Shown here in pieces: positions 42,226 through 61,040 of a stretch of DNA of 64,000 bases. Source of the stretch: the human T2T-CHM13v2.0 reference genome, Homo sapiens; assembly GCF_009914755.1 (NCBI RefSeq), contig NC_060940.1, one strand, 5' to 3'. The notes below the pieces were generated by a model. The model was not told the origin of the DNA and ran no database searches. It saw only the letters and a program-made list of their open reading frames with translations. How positions within the stretch are numbered: position 1 is the first letter of the stretch; the number at the start of each line of letters is the position of its first letter. The position numbers were made by a program, and so were the translations under genes.

Positions 42226-42500
42226 ACATCCTGTTTCCCGCACCCGCCTGGCTGCACCTCGGGACTCACCCTGTAGCTGAAGTTGGCCTCGAGCTACTTG
42301 TCACTGGCAAGGCCCAAGGATGGCTTCCAGATAAAGGGGACAGTGGTTTTGTGTGATTAACCCTGTCAGAGAATGAGGACCTTTGGCCAGGCACGGTGGC
42401 TCACGCCCGTAATTCTAGCACTTTGGGAGGCCGAAGTGGGCGGATCACGAGGTCAGATCGAGACCAGCCTGGCCAACATGGTGAAACCTCGTCTCTACTA

Positions 42501-42716
<216 letters not shown>

Positions 42717-44197
42717 TCACTGGAAGGTCCCCAGCAGCTGCCCTGTCTGGGCATCTCCCTGGCTGTAGGCCTTGAGCTGGGGCCCAGTCCAGGCAGGCGG
42801 CTCCAAGGGTGATTTGGTGCACCCTGCTGTGGAGCCTGAGGTGCGTGCCCACCCAGCACAGACCTGGTGCTTCCGTCAGCCTCTCATGGAAACTTCTGGT
42901 CACCCTCAAGGGATGATGTTGTTCCTCTTAGAGATGAGGAGAACTGGCTCGGGGGCTGGGAGTTACCAAGGAGCCACAGTTTGTGAGTGTTGGGCCCAGG
43001 CCTGGGCCACTCTGAAGCCTGCGTGGCTGCTCTGTTACACCATTCCTGTGCCTTTGACCTCATCCAGTGGCCGGGAGACATGCAACTTGCCGAGGGTCCT
43101 CCCAGGAGAGGGTCTGAAGCATCTGCAAGATGGAGTAGGGGTGGACGCTGGTGCCCTGGGAGGCCAGGCAGCTGGGCGCGCTGGACACATGTCCAAAGCC
43201 ATGGGGTGAGTGAAACCAGATTAACCCGCTGAGCTTGCCCACGGGAGCGTCTGCTGGGGAGACACAGTCTCGGTTACTCCAGCAAGGACAGTTGCACCTT
43301 TGCTGATGAGTCAGCTTGCGGTTAAGAGGGTAACTCTTTGGGGCCCTTGGTCAATCGTGTGACCAGTTAGTAACTTGCCCAGGTGGGGCTGCGGCTCCTC
43401 AGGCCCTGCTTCAGTGAGGCCAGGCAGGACTGCCACTGCTCCAGGCCTCTCACCATAGCCCCACCGGACCGCAGAGCTGGGACACAAACGCTCGTGCTCC
43501 ACTGGGGGGCAGAAAGGGAGTGTGGGACCCAGGGAGAGGTAGGACACACACAGGATGCACCTGGACATAGCACGGAGGCCAGCCCTGAACGGAGCTGGCT
43601 CTGCCCCAGGCCTGCTCAGGGGTGGAGCCCGAGGCAGCCTTGGGTCTCCCCGCTCCCTGCACACACCACCCAAGGATCTCCTATAGGGTAGGGGTCCTTC
43701 ATACTTTCAGGACGGAGACAGACTCCTGGTCTTCCATTCCTAGCCCACCGGCGTTCAGGGACTCACGGGGTAAGGGGCGTGCCCAGGGATGGTCAGTGTA
43801 TTTTCTTTTTTTTTTTTTTTTTGAGATGGAATCTCACTCATTCTGTTTGCACTCCAGCCTGGGTAACAGAGTGAGATCTTGGCTCACTGCCAGCTCGGCC
43901 TCCCGGGTTCACGCCATTCTCCTGTCTCAGCCTCCTGAGTAGCTGGTACAACAGGCGCCTGCCACCATGCCCGGCTATTTTTTTGTATTTTTAGTAGAGA
44001 CGGGGTTTCACCATGTTAGCCAGGATGGTCTCGATCTCCTGACCGCGTGATCCGCCCGCCTCGGCCTCCCAAAGTGGTGGGATTACAGGCATGAGCCACC
44101 GCGTCCGGCTGAGGTCAATGTGTATTTTCATGAGCGTCCGCTTCCTCAGGCCAAGTGCTGCTTTCTCCACATCGACTCCCACCCCAGCATGCCATGA

Positions 44198-44633
<436 letters not shown>

Positions 44634-46786
44634 TGATCTGCCCACCTCGGCCTCCCAAAGTGCTGGGATTACAGGCATGAGCCACCGTGCCTGCCGGAGT
44701 AACAGACTGTCTTAAAGCTTCACAGCCTAAGCAGGGGCCATTCTGTTTGCTTCCAATTCCAGCTGGGACAGGAGTCAGCAGGGACTCCATGTGGTATTAG
44801 CCAGGCAGGCTGGCGGGGCTGGAGGACCTGTGTGAAAGATGGCCCTACCCACAGGGCTGCCCACAGTGAGCTCAGCAGTGGCCATGGGCTTGGCTCCTTC
44901 CTTCCATGGCTTCCTCAGGCTAGGCTGGTTTTGCACCATACCACAGTCCCAGGGTAGACTCCTTACGGGGCCACTGACCTCCTGGGAAGCTGCCAGGCTT
45001 CCTTACTGCCCAGAAGTGACACCCCGCCACTTCTGCCACATTCTACTGGTAAAGCAGGATCTGGAGCCTGTCCCAATTCAAGGGGAGGGGGCTACACAGG
45101 GGCCAGAACACGAAGACACGTGGCTCATCCGGGGTAGCAGAAGGGCCACTGACCATAGCCTGGGACCCCCCCCCCACCCACCCAAAATCTGGAGCCTGGG
45201 GCAACCTGTGCTCCTCTCTGAGCCTCCACTCTTTGTTCAGAAGTGAGTGGAGTCCAGGTGCGGTGGCTGATGCCTGTAATCCCAGTACTTCAGGAGGCCA
45301 AGGTGGGAGGATCTCTTAAGCTCAGGGGTTCAAGACCAGCCTGGGAAACATAGTGAGACCCTCATCTCTTAAAAAAATAGAAAATCGGCCAGGCGCGGTG
45401 GCTCACACTGGTAATCCCAACACTTTGGGAGGCCGAGGAGGGCGGATCACGAGGTCAGGAGATCGAGACCATTCTGCCTAACACGGTGAAACCCCATCTC
45501 TATTAAAAATACAAAAAATTAGCCGGGCGTGGTGGCGGGCACCTGTAGTCCCAGCTACTCAGGAGGCTGAGGCAGGACAATGGTGAACCCAGGAGGCGGA
45601 GGTTGCAGTGAGCCGAGATCATGCCACTGCACTCCTGCCTGGGCGACAGAGCAAGACTCCGTCTCAAAAAAAAAAAAAAAAAAAAAAAAAGCTGGGCATG
45701 GTGGTGGCCCACGCCTGTAGTCTCTGCTACTCAGGAGGCTGAGATGGTAGGGTCACTTGGCTCAGGAGCTCAAGGCTGCAGTGAGCTATGATTGTTAAAC
45801 ATAGGGCCCAGCGTGGAGCCTCACCTATAATCCCAGCACTTTAGGAGGTGGAGGCGGGAGCATTGCTTGAGGCTGGGAGTTGGAGACCAGGGGCAACATA
45901 GCAAGACCCTTTCTCTACCAAAAAAAAGTTTGTAATTAGCTGGACATGGTGGCAACTGCCTTTGGTTCCAGCTACTCAGGAGGCTGAGGCAGGAAGATCA
46001 CTTGAGGCCAGGAGTTCAAGGCTGCAGTGAGTTAAGATCATGCTACTGCACTCCAGGCTGGGAGACAGTGAGACACTGTCTCAAAAAAAAGAAAAGGGGA
46101 AAAAAAGTGGATTAGGCCCCTAACGGTCTCCAAGCTCCAAGGACTTTGTATTGCTGGCCTCTGTGCGGCCTCAGTTATGCCCAGCGTCCGCAGCTGGTGG
46201 CTGGTGCAGGCGTCCTTCCCTGTTTCCTCAGCAGCCTCCCTAATGTCAGTCTTTAAGTGGTCTCTTGGATCCACCTGGCCTCTGCGTCTCTGGGGAGTGA
46301 GTGTTGTGGGAGAGAGAGAAGGCAGCTGCCCCTCCGCCACCCCATGTGACTCATCAGTGGACCTCAGGCCCGCTGCATCCCACCCACACCTGCCCCATCA
46401 CAGCTGCTCTTGGGTGCAGCATGTAAACACCTGCTCTCTCAGAGCTCCCCCTCCTGGGGACCGCTACAGCCTTGGGTGTCCCCCACCCCGGGCCATGCCT
46501 GCATACTTAGAACAACCCATAAAACCACCCAAGGACTGAAGTCTCCAGGATCTGCTGTCCCAGGGACACAAGAACTGTCCAGGGTGGGTACAGGAGAAGG
46601 GAAGGAGCCTGGCTGTCCTGGGCACGTCACATGCGACCTGGCAGGAGCCCAAAGCAGGGGTGGCGCTGAGCCCTAGCCTGACCCGGGCTGCACCGGCTGG
46701 AGTGACCAGACGGGAAGGTCACTGAGGCAAACCCAGGTGCTCCCGTCGTCTTCCCATAGGATGGAGACCTGGTGGAATAGAACAAG

Positions 46787-47483
<697 letters not shown>

Positions 47484-47692
47484 GCAGGCTTCTCATCCAC
47501 AGTAACAGTGCTCCCGAGGGACACCGGACAATGTCTGGAGACACTTGCTGTCACAGCTTAGAGGAGGGTGCTACAGATACCAAGTGGGTGGTGGCCAGAG
47601 ATGCTGCTTAACATCCTACATGCACAGGACAGCCTCCATCCCAAAGAAAGATCCCATCCCAAACATCAACAGAGTCGAGTGGAGACACCCCG
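47484..47692. mobile_element. MER20-like hAT relic
   Basis: CAATGTCTGGAGACA...GGCCAGAGATGCTGCTTAACATCCTACATGCACAGGACAGCC. Confidence 0.72.
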
Positions 47693-48124
47693 GCACAGAG
47701 GAAGCCCACACCTGGGTGCGCAGAGTCTGGTCCGGCTGGGAGGAGAAGGGCTGTGCTCATCCTGCCCAGAGGGACCTGGGAGCTGGGGTCCCGCGGAGCA
47801 GTGACCTCACCTGGTAGGGGGCAGGTGGGGCCGAGGTCCACATCCCTGCCTCTGCTGCTGTCCTCCCTGGTGCCCTCCCTGACCCCGCCCTGCCTTCCTT
47901 CATCCGCTGCGCCCTCCACCCACAATGCCATGGCCTGCATTTAGGATCCTCCTGAGGCAGGAGGATCACTTGAGCTCAGGAGTTTGAGACCAGCCTGGGC
48001 AACAGCAGGACCCCCTCCCCCCAACTCTTAAAACAACAGAAAATTAGGCCGGGCACGGCGGCTCACGCCTGTAATCCCAGCACTTTGGGAGGCTGAGGTC
48101 AGGAGATGGAGATCATCTTGGCTA

Positions 48125-48454
<330 letters not shown>

Positions 48455-48755
48455 CTAGACTGCATCTCAAAAAAAAAAAGAAAAGAAAATTAGCCAGGCA
48501 TGGTGGCTGAAAAGGTGGGCTGTTGAGCCCCTACCCACCCTATGGAGCCAAGCTCAGCAGTGTCTCATCCAGGAAGCTCTCACAGACAAGTATGGTGTTC
48601 CCACAGGCCCTTGCCCTAGCTCACGCCTCTCATGCCCTGGCAACTAAGAGTGGGGGCGCGGCAGACCCATCCCTGGAGAGACACAGGACTGTTTTTCTCA
48701 CCAAACTGGCCTGATGACAGACAGGCAGATGGACAAGAACGTGCAGGCCTTGGCT

Positions 48756-48761
48756 TTTATT
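48756..48761 (-). terminator. C16orf90: C16orf90 polyadenylation signal AATAAA
   Basis: TTTATT on + strand, ~335 nt past the stop codon. Confidence 0.75.
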
Positions 48762-49096
48762 GAGATCAGAGCTGTGGGCTCCCCGGCCTCTCAGGGAGGC
48801 GGTGGCGGGGGGGCCTGATTCTGCACTCAGCCCGGCCTCCCAGGTACAAGTGGCTGACTGGAGTCTAAGCAGGCTGCAAGGGCACGGCCATGCTTCTATT
48901 GCTTCTGCCCCTCCCTCGGAACCTCCTCCTCCTCCCTCTCCCCATCACATTCTCCCGAGGCCCAGGCCTGGGCGCTGGGCCGCTGCCTGGGCCACCCCAT
49001 GTGGCAGGGCCACTGCCGGGGGCCGAGCCCCTCCTGCTCAGGCTGCCTCCTCGGCCATCCTGCCCCTCCTGTACCCAGTCCTGGCACTCGGGATCC

Positions 49097-49245
49097 CTAT
49101 GGCCTCTCCAGGGCCCCAGAGCGGGTTCTCTTGCACAAGGGACACATGGCCTCTTCCCAGGTCCCCCAGGACCTCTTGGGCCTGAGCCTAGAAGGACTAG
49201 GCTGGGGGAGGGCACCCTTGTCTGGGTCCATGCTGGAACTGGAAG
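49097..49245 (-). CDS. C16orf90: C16orf90 coding exon 3
   Basis: ttcctcAG|CT; encodes ASSSSMDPDKGALPQPSPSRLRPKRSWGTWEEAMCPLCKRTRSGALERP-TAG. Total 46+354+149 = 549 nt = 182 aa + stop. Confidence 0.9.
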
Positions 49246-49781
49246 CTGAGGAAAGAGGAGAGAAAGGAGTCACTTGAGGGACCCAAGGGGAGGCTGGGGG
49301 GGAGGCTGGCAGCCCACCCTGGGGTTTCCAGAATCCGATATTCTTGAAAACAGAAGGGAGGAGGGCAATGCTTCCTCCTTAACAGAATCCCCAGGGGAGG
49401 GAGGAGGTTGAGGGAACAGAATGGTTCAAGCTGGAAGGACCCTCATCTAACCTGAACCCTCATTTTACAAGTGAGAAAACTGAGGCCCAGCAAGGGAGAC
49501 AGATTCCAAGGCCCCTCACCGAGTGTGGAGCTGGGGCAGTCACCCAGCCCTCCCTCCCAGATCCTCCCTTTTTCTCGCACCGCTTTGTCCCTGGTGGATT
49601 CTCCAGACCCCGCTTAGCTGTGCGTGATGCAGAGATGGGGACAGATTCATCAAGATCTTGGCCTTCTGGGGCATGGTGCCACTGTGGAGGCTTGGGAGTG
49701 GAGAAGGGCCCGCCTGAGGCCCCAGCCCAACCATCCCCTAGGGTCTTCCCCCGTGCCCAGTCCTGCCTTGACAGAGCTCAC

Positions 49782-50135
49782 CACTGCTTCCCAGGCTGTC
49801 CCTGGGCAATCGGGCTTCCAGAAGGGCTGAACAGAGGCTGTTACGTGGGCCCAGAGTCCCCTGTGGCAGGTCCAGGGCCCAGGCTGTGCCCTCAGGCTGT
49901 GGCAGGCAGCCCCCAGCCATAAGCCGGCCCAGCCAGTGGCTCTCACACTGGCCAGTGGGTGGCGGGTGGCTCTCCAGGTAGAGGCCCAGGCCCCGGAGGT
50001 GGCGCAGCCGGAAGTTCTTGGGCTTGCTTCCCTGGGCACTGGGGCACTGCGGCTGCGGGGACCCCAGGCCCCCCTCGTAGATGTTGGGGGGTGCGTCAGG
50101 GTGGCCGGGGCGTCCTTGGGCCTGGCTCACTGCAT
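49782..50135 (-). CDS. C16orf90: C16orf90 coding exon 2
   Basis: ctctgcAG|AT; encodes DAVSQAQGRPGHPDAPPNIYEGGLG...PKNFRLRHLRGL...RDSLGSS; donor G|GTGAGC; 354 nt. Confidence 0.92.
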
Positions 50136-50633
50136 CTGCAGAGGAGACAGCGGGAGGGTGGTGGCCAGCCCCCCACAGCAGCCATGAGGGGAGGGTGCAG
50201 TCACATACCTCTGAGACCAGCTCACATGATGGGCTACACCCCCAGCCAACCTGGCCTCAGTTTACCTGTGTGTCAAATAGTCTCAGTCCACTGCCTCCCC
50301 TGCCCATGCCCAAGACACGACTCCTCTTCCCACTCCCAACCAACAGGGAGGCCTGGGAAGCCTCGGGCCTTGGTACTAAGAGTGCTTTCAGGACCTCAAG
50401 TCCTTTCTACTACCCTGTTCTGCCCGCTACCCTAGGAAGAGTATTCTGGTCCCCACAGAGAAATTGCACAGTGGGTTTGAGAGAAAGTGGCCAGCCCAGG
50501 GGCTCATGGCCTGGCCCAGTGGCCATTCCCCTCTCCCAAGCATACATGTCCCTGAGGCCACCCCTCGGCTTTGGGCCCAGGTGGGGACAGAAGCCTATCT
50601 CTCTTCCTGCCACTCCTCCCCACAGCCCGGCAC

Positions 50634-50679
50634 CTTCTCTTATGTGCAGCTCAGAAAATGCACAGACCAAGGCTTCCAT
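50634..50679 (-). CDS. C16orf90: C16orf90 coding exon 1
   Basis: Encodes MEALVCAFSELHIRE plus 1 nt; donor G|GTGCCG; 46 nt. Confidence 0.9.
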
Positions 50680-51292
50680 GGAGGGCCAGTGTGGTGGGGA
50701 GGAGCAACCAGGACTTGGGTGCAGCAGGGCCCTGCTCTCCCCTGCCTAGGGGGTACATTGGCAGGTCTCCCCTGGCAACTGGTTCTTATGACATCACGGG
50801 GAAGACTCCCAGCCTTCCTGGACCCCTAGTTTGGGAGAGGACAGTGCCCAAGGCAAGGGCAGGGTGAAAGAAAGGCATGGGAAGGGGCCAGAACCCTGGG
50901 GGAAGTCCCTGGTCCCTCTGGCTGGGGTCAGGCCACATAAAACAGACAGCTCTGGCAAACTGGAGAGTCCTTCTCTCAGGTGATCTCTTGGGGCCAGCTT
51001 CCTCATCTGGGGTGGGAAATGAGGGTTCAGGAGTACAGACCTAGGAAGACCTAGGTCGGTACTTTGAAAATGCTGAAAAGGGGCTGGGGGCGGTGGCTCA
51101 TGCCTGTAATCCCAGCACTGTGGGAGGCCGAGGCAGGCTGATCAGTTGAGGTCTGTGGGAGGCCGGGGTGGGCGGATCATGAGGTCAGGAGATCGAGACC
51201 ATCCTGGCTAACACGGTGAAACCCCGTCTCTACTAAAAATACAAAAAAATTAGCCGGGCGTCGTGGCGGGAGCCTGTAGTCCCAGTTACTCA

Positions 51293-51421
<129 letters not shown>

Positions 51422-51424
51422 TCA

Positions 51425-52365
<941 letters not shown>

Positions 52366-52459
52366 TGATCCGCCCACCTCGGCCTCCCAAAGTGCTGGGA
52401 TTACAGGCATGACCCACCGCGCCCAGCAACCTGATCTTGTATGTAGGAAATATTAAATA

Positions 52460-55010
<2,551 letters not shown>

Positions 55011-55360
55011 TGAAGCAACATTTATGGGAGGCCATTGTTTTGGAGCGAGCTCCTGCACAAGGTACCAACGGACCAGACCAAACCAGAATGGAATCGCTAG
55101 TGCAAGGTGCCACGTAATCAATGCGAACTTAGAGACAGGCCAGTCTGCCAAAACACAGAAGATTCACTGCAACCAACAAAAGGGGCCCTGTCCACCTAGG
55201 CTGGCATAAGGAAGCCCCCTCTGCTTTAACCCAAAGAAATGCATCTGAAATAACCTGATGCCAACCAATCGCTTTGTGCACTACGCTGTTTCCTTGTTCC
55301 TGCTCAAGCTACCTTACAAAACCCGGCTGCTGTGCCACGCCTGGCGGGGCATCTCCCCAT
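55011..55360 (+). mobile_element. LTR fragment (MER72/LTR47-like; subfamily uncertain)
   Basis: Starts TGAAGC...ATGGGAGGCCATTGTTTTGGA...AGCTCCTGCAC...GACCAGACCAAACCAGAATGG, an LTR-type 5' end; CCAATC at ~55266. Confidence 0.6.
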
Positions 55361-55538
55361 TTCACACGTGGAGGCCGCCCCTTCCTGCCGTCTCCTCGCG
55401 CCCCCATGCAGAGGCTAGGGCTGCCGGGACCCGCGCGGCGCGAGCGGCTCAGGGCCCCTTTCCGGCCTGTTGTGCAGCCCGAGCCGTCTGCGCGTGCGCG
55501 AGACCGAGGCCTGGCCTGCCTCTGGGCGCCCACAGTGA

Positions 55539-55865
<327 letters not shown>

Positions 55866-55979
55866 TGATCCGCCCGCCTCGGCATCCCAAAGTGCTGGGA
55901 TTGTAGGCGTGAGCCCCCGCGCCCAGCCAAGCATCGTGCATTCTTTATAGAAATGAGGGGGAAATAAGCAATATGGAAA

Positions 55980-56560
55980 GCGCCTAGCGCAATATCAAGC
56001 ACGTAGTAGGTACTCAGAACCTGTCACCCAGCGCGAAACGTCCGCAAAGCGTGTAAACAGACGCCCAGAAGCTGGGAAGCTTGCAGCCCTCATAGACGCC
56101 GGTATCGCCACGCCCTCTGCCCTCGGCGTCTCAGGAGCGCTCTCTGCCGGCCCGCTCTCCCCGTGCGTATGCACGTGCCGCCGCGTCTTCGCTTCGCTTT
56201 TTGTTTGTCCCTGACCGTGCGCCGTCCAAGGGTCCATTGGTTGCCATAGAGATCGTCGAGCGCTGGGCCTGTGATCGCTGAGGGGCGAGCAGTTGCGACC
56301 CTGGGCTCCTGGGGACCTGAGCGTTATGTCTTTCCGCGACCTCCGCAGTAAGGCAGCCCCGCGCCCCTGTGACCTGCGGGTCTTCCAGAGATTCAGGGCT
56401 CCCGCCCGCCGGGTCCCCTGTGTAGGCGATCCCTGAGGCTTGCGCTGCCGGAGGCTCCTTTCGGGCCTCTGCGCCTCAGGGACCGCCTGACCCGCGGCTG
56501 CAACCCGGCCGAGCGTCCCAGGCCCTTCTTCGGCCATTTCTAGCGAGGATGGAAAGTTCT
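55980..56560 (+). promoter_or_regulatory. CLUAP1: CLUAP1 CpG-island promoter with RFX X-box
   Basis: CpG-rich. X-box GTTGCCATAGAGAT 56240-56253, inverted CCAAT 56236-56240, CACGTG 56172-56177, forkhead GTAAACA 56053-56059. Confidence 0.85.
56326..56347 (+). CDS. CLUAP1: Clusterin-associated protein 1 / IFT38, coding exon 1
   Basis: ATG TCT TTC CGC GAC CTC CGC A|GTAAGG = MSFRDLR; 22 nt. Confidence 0.95.
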
Positions 56561-56692
56561 CTATCTGCCACTGGCCGCGTGTGGCTCAGAACGCTTGAAA
56601 TGTGGCTAGTGCAGATGAATAACTGAATTTTTAAGTGTAATTTATTTCTGTTTGTGTAGCTGCATGCCGCTCTTCGCTACCGTATTGGAAAA
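56538..56692. mobile_element. MER3-like hAT relic
   Basis: GATGGAAAGTTCTCTATCTGC...CTTGAAATGTGGCTAGTG...ACTGAATTTTTAA...CTACCGTATTGGA. Confidence 0.6.
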
Positions 56693-56885
56693 TGCATGGA
56701 GAGTTTAGAGACTATTTTTTGAGTTGGGTTAGCTTAGCGCTTAGAAAACCGAACAGCAGGCCGGGCGCGGTGGCTCACGCCCGTAAGCCCAACACTTTGG
56801 GAGGCCGAGGCGGGCGAATCACCTGAGGTCGGGAGTTCGAGACCAGCCTGACCAACATGGAGAAACCCCGTCTCTACTAAAATTA

Positions 56886-57026
<141 letters not shown>

Positions 57027-57094
57027 TCAAAAAACAAAAAACAAACCAAAAAAAAAACAACCAGCAACGAAACCGAGGAGAGGAGGCTGGGTGA

Positions 57095-57310
57095 TAATCA
57101 TTGCGGCTAACATTTTTTGAGTTTTAACGATCTGCCAGGGCCCGCTCTGTGTTATGCGCATTTCATTTTAATCATCTGAACAACTCTGTGCCCCCTGTAT
57201 TTGGTAGTGAGGAAACGGGCACAGAGAGGTCAGGTAACTTGGGCAGGTGATACAGGCGGTAGGAGGTGGCACTGGGGCTTGAATTCAGGTTGCCTGAACT
57301 CCAGACATCC
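57095..57310 (-). mobile_element. MIR SINE
   Basis: Core GTGAGGAAACGGGCACAGAGAGGTCAGGTAACTTG. Similar MIR relics lie at ~6140-6300, ~10180-10280 and ~49420-49535. Confidence 0.6.
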
Positions 57311-57539
57311 TGAACTCCATCTGCATCCTTTCTGCAGGGCTGGTAAGGAGAAGGGAGCTCGAATTCCTTTGCTAAGAGGGTGGGGAAGTGGAAGAACGAG
57401 GCTAAGAGTGTTGGTTACGGCTGGGCGCAGTGGGTCACGCCTGTAATCCCAGCCCTTTGGAAGACCGAGGCAGGCGGATCACTTAATTTCAGGAGTTCTA
57501 GACTAGCCTAGCTAACATGGCGAAACCCTGCCGCTGCTA

Positions 57540-57832
<293 letters not shown>

Positions 57833-58481
57833 TTATGAATTGCTCTTTTCTACAATGTAAAAATATCTAGGAAGACGCATTACCTTTTATCCATGCAGCC
57901 ACTGAGCACCAGAGTGTGAATCCTGCCCTCTGGGGTTTGAAGGTTTTTGGTGGCCACACATCATGCAGGATGACTGTCTCCTCCCACATAGTTTTTAGAG
58001 AGGCCAGCACCCTGCCGGGGGACGTAGAATGGGGTTTTGTTGGGGAGCGCACACACGGAGATTTCGGAATATTTTGATCTTAAATTAATGCTCTGCAGTT
58101 GTGCAGTGTATGGTAAGGATCTTACTCAAATTAGTGTCTATTTTGACAATAACACCGCAGCATTAACAGAACTTGACTAGTACCTAGTGGTCAGGAGTAT
58201 TTAGGCAGTGCCTTACTGTGTGAAGGAAAGGCTGCTGCTTTCTTTTCTGTTCTTTTTTTGAGACAGTCTTGCTCTGTCTCCCAGGCTGGAGTGCAGTGGT
58301 GTGATCTTAGCTCACTGCAACCTCTGCCTCCCAGCAATTCTCCTGCCCCAGCCTCCCCAGTAACTGGAATTATAGGCGCCCGCCACCACACTCACCTAAC
58401 TTTTGTATTTTTATTTTTATTTTATTCTTTTCTTTTTTTGAGATGGAGTCTCGCTCTGTCACCCAGGCTGGAGTGCAGTGA

Positions 58482-58601
<120 letters not shown>

Positions 58602-59952
58602 TAGTAGAGACGGGGTTTCACCGTGTTAGCCAGGATGGTCTCAATCTCCTGACCTTGTGATCCACTCGCCTCGGCCTCCCAGAGTGCTGGGATTACAGGC
58701 GTGAGCCACTGTGCCCGGCAACTTTTGTATTTTTAGTAGAGGTGGGGTTTCACCATTTTGGTCAGGCTGGTCTTGAACTCCTGACCTCAGGTGATCTACC
58801 CTCCTCGGCTCCCAAAGTGCTGAGATTACAGGCGTGAACCACCCGCGCCTGGCCTTTTTTGTTTTTGTTTTTGAGACAGGGTCTCACTCTGTCACCCAGG
58901 CTGGAGTGCAGTCACATGATCTGAGCTTACTGCAACCTCCTGGGCCCAGGTGATCGTCCCACCTCAGCCTGCTGAATAGCTGAGACCACAGGCATGCACC
59001 ACCACACCCAGTTAATTTTTTTTTTAATCTCTGTATTCACATTTCCCAGAAAACAGTTACAGAGTCCCTTTGTGACTTTGCTGTTTCCTGTGCTCACACT
59101 TTCTGTTTCATTGTCTTGCGAAGTCTGACCTGACTTGCAGTACCTAGGTAGGTTATTTGTGAACATTGATGGACCATTTTGAACATGGATCTTCAAGAAG
59201 AGTGCAGACAGACCTTAAATAACCAGGAAGCACACTGAATGTAGATCTTGGTACATATGGGAACTCAACAAATGTTTGTGGTGTTCATTTCCAAGTCCTG
59301 CTCTCTTGAAAGCACTAAGGCTTTTCCTGAGGTGACCCCAACCTATGGATCAACAAGTATTAGTATTACTGTTTCTTAATCTGTTTTATAGTAAATCTAA
59401 ATATGGTTGTATAGTTCAACCACTCTATTTAAGATTTCTCTAAATACAAGGCGACTGATCTTTAAAACTTGTGTTATTTGGGTCCTATGTGGTCACTAAA
59501 ATTAAAAAAAAAGACAACTCAGAAACATGAATGTCATCCTACGGATTCCCCTCAGAAATAACCACTGTTAACATTTTAAAACACTTTTTAATCAGCTGAA
59601 TTTGAGTCAAACCACTGTTGACATTTAAAAATACTTTTTCTTCATGACATTTTATAAGGACGGGTGTTTCTTCCTTTTAGCAGTAAAAAGAAATGAGATA
59701 CTAAAGAGAGAAATGAAATTCACAGCTAATCCCTCAATTCCATTTTCATGTATAGCCATCTACTTCTCCCATTGAACTTAAATATATGCTTTTTAGGTAG
59801 CATTTTTGGTATTTTAAATTTTATCTCCTTTTTGCTTTCCCTTGTAGAAAGTTGACAAATAGTCCCTAAAGCTGTCAATAGGTTGGAAATAAGAAGGAAA
59901 AGTAAAGACAATATCTAAGTTAATAAGTAGTTGCTGTGTGATGGGGAACTGA

Positions 59953-60114
<162 letters not shown>

Positions 60115-61040
60115 TAAGAGTGAATACTGGGTTTTATTTATTAGTCATCTAGAAAACAGGACACAGCTGTGATGCTGCAAAAGGGAAAGTTTTTGGAATT
60201 TGACAGACCCAGCTGTATTCTGTTACAAAGGAGTTGTGGCTGGGCACAGTGGCTCACTGCTCTCATCCCAGCACTTCATAATCTCAGTCATTCAAGACTA
60301 GCCTCATCAACATAGCAAGACCCTGTCTCCATACACAAAAGAACAATTAGCTGAGCCTGGGTGGTACACACTCATAGTTCCAGCGACTCAGGAGGCTGAG
60401 GCAGGAGGATCACTTGATCCCAGGAGTTTGAGGCTGCAGTGCCACTGATCATGCTATTGCACACCAGCCCGGGCAGATTGAGACTGTGTCTCAAAAAACA
60501 AAATCAGGCCGGGCGCAGTGGCTCACGCCTGTAATCCCAGCACTTTGGGAGGCCGAGGCGGGTGGATCACGAGGTCAGGAGATCAAGACCATCCTGGCTA
60601 ACACGGTGAAACCCCATCTCTATTAAAAACACAAAAAATTAGCCAGGCGTGGTGGCGGGCGCCTGTGGTCCCAGCTACTCAGGAGGCTGAGGCAGGAGAA
60701 TGGAGTGAACCCGGGAGGCGGAGCATGCAGTGAGCCGAAGTGTGCAGTGAGCCGAGATAGCGCCACTGCAGTTCAGCCTGGGTGAAAGAGCGAGACTCCG
60801 TCTCAAAAAAAAAAAAAAAAAAAAAAAATCAGTGGAGTTTAAAGAATGCTGTGGGAGTGGGAAATATACCAGGAAGTCGTGAAAGGAGACGACTATTCCT
60901 CAGTAGGATGCTGGGCCAGGCTGCTCTTCAGCCCCTCATGGCAGAGTGACAGGGGCCTTTTTGCACATTCTGATCAGTACACTGGATTAGAAATAATGGA
61001 GATTTCTTTTTCTGTGAAAAAATTGAATATGTTATATGAT

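Noticed and set aside
49376-49394. TCCTTAACAGAATCCCCAG, resembling the NAA60 U12 branch and acceptor
   Set aside because: It lies 7 kb beyond the NAA60 polyA signal, antisense in a C16orf90 intron. One chance 8-mer per window is expected.
55995-56537. 180-aa antisense ORF across the CLUAP1 promoter
   Set aside because: CpG-island composition artefact with no recognisable homology.
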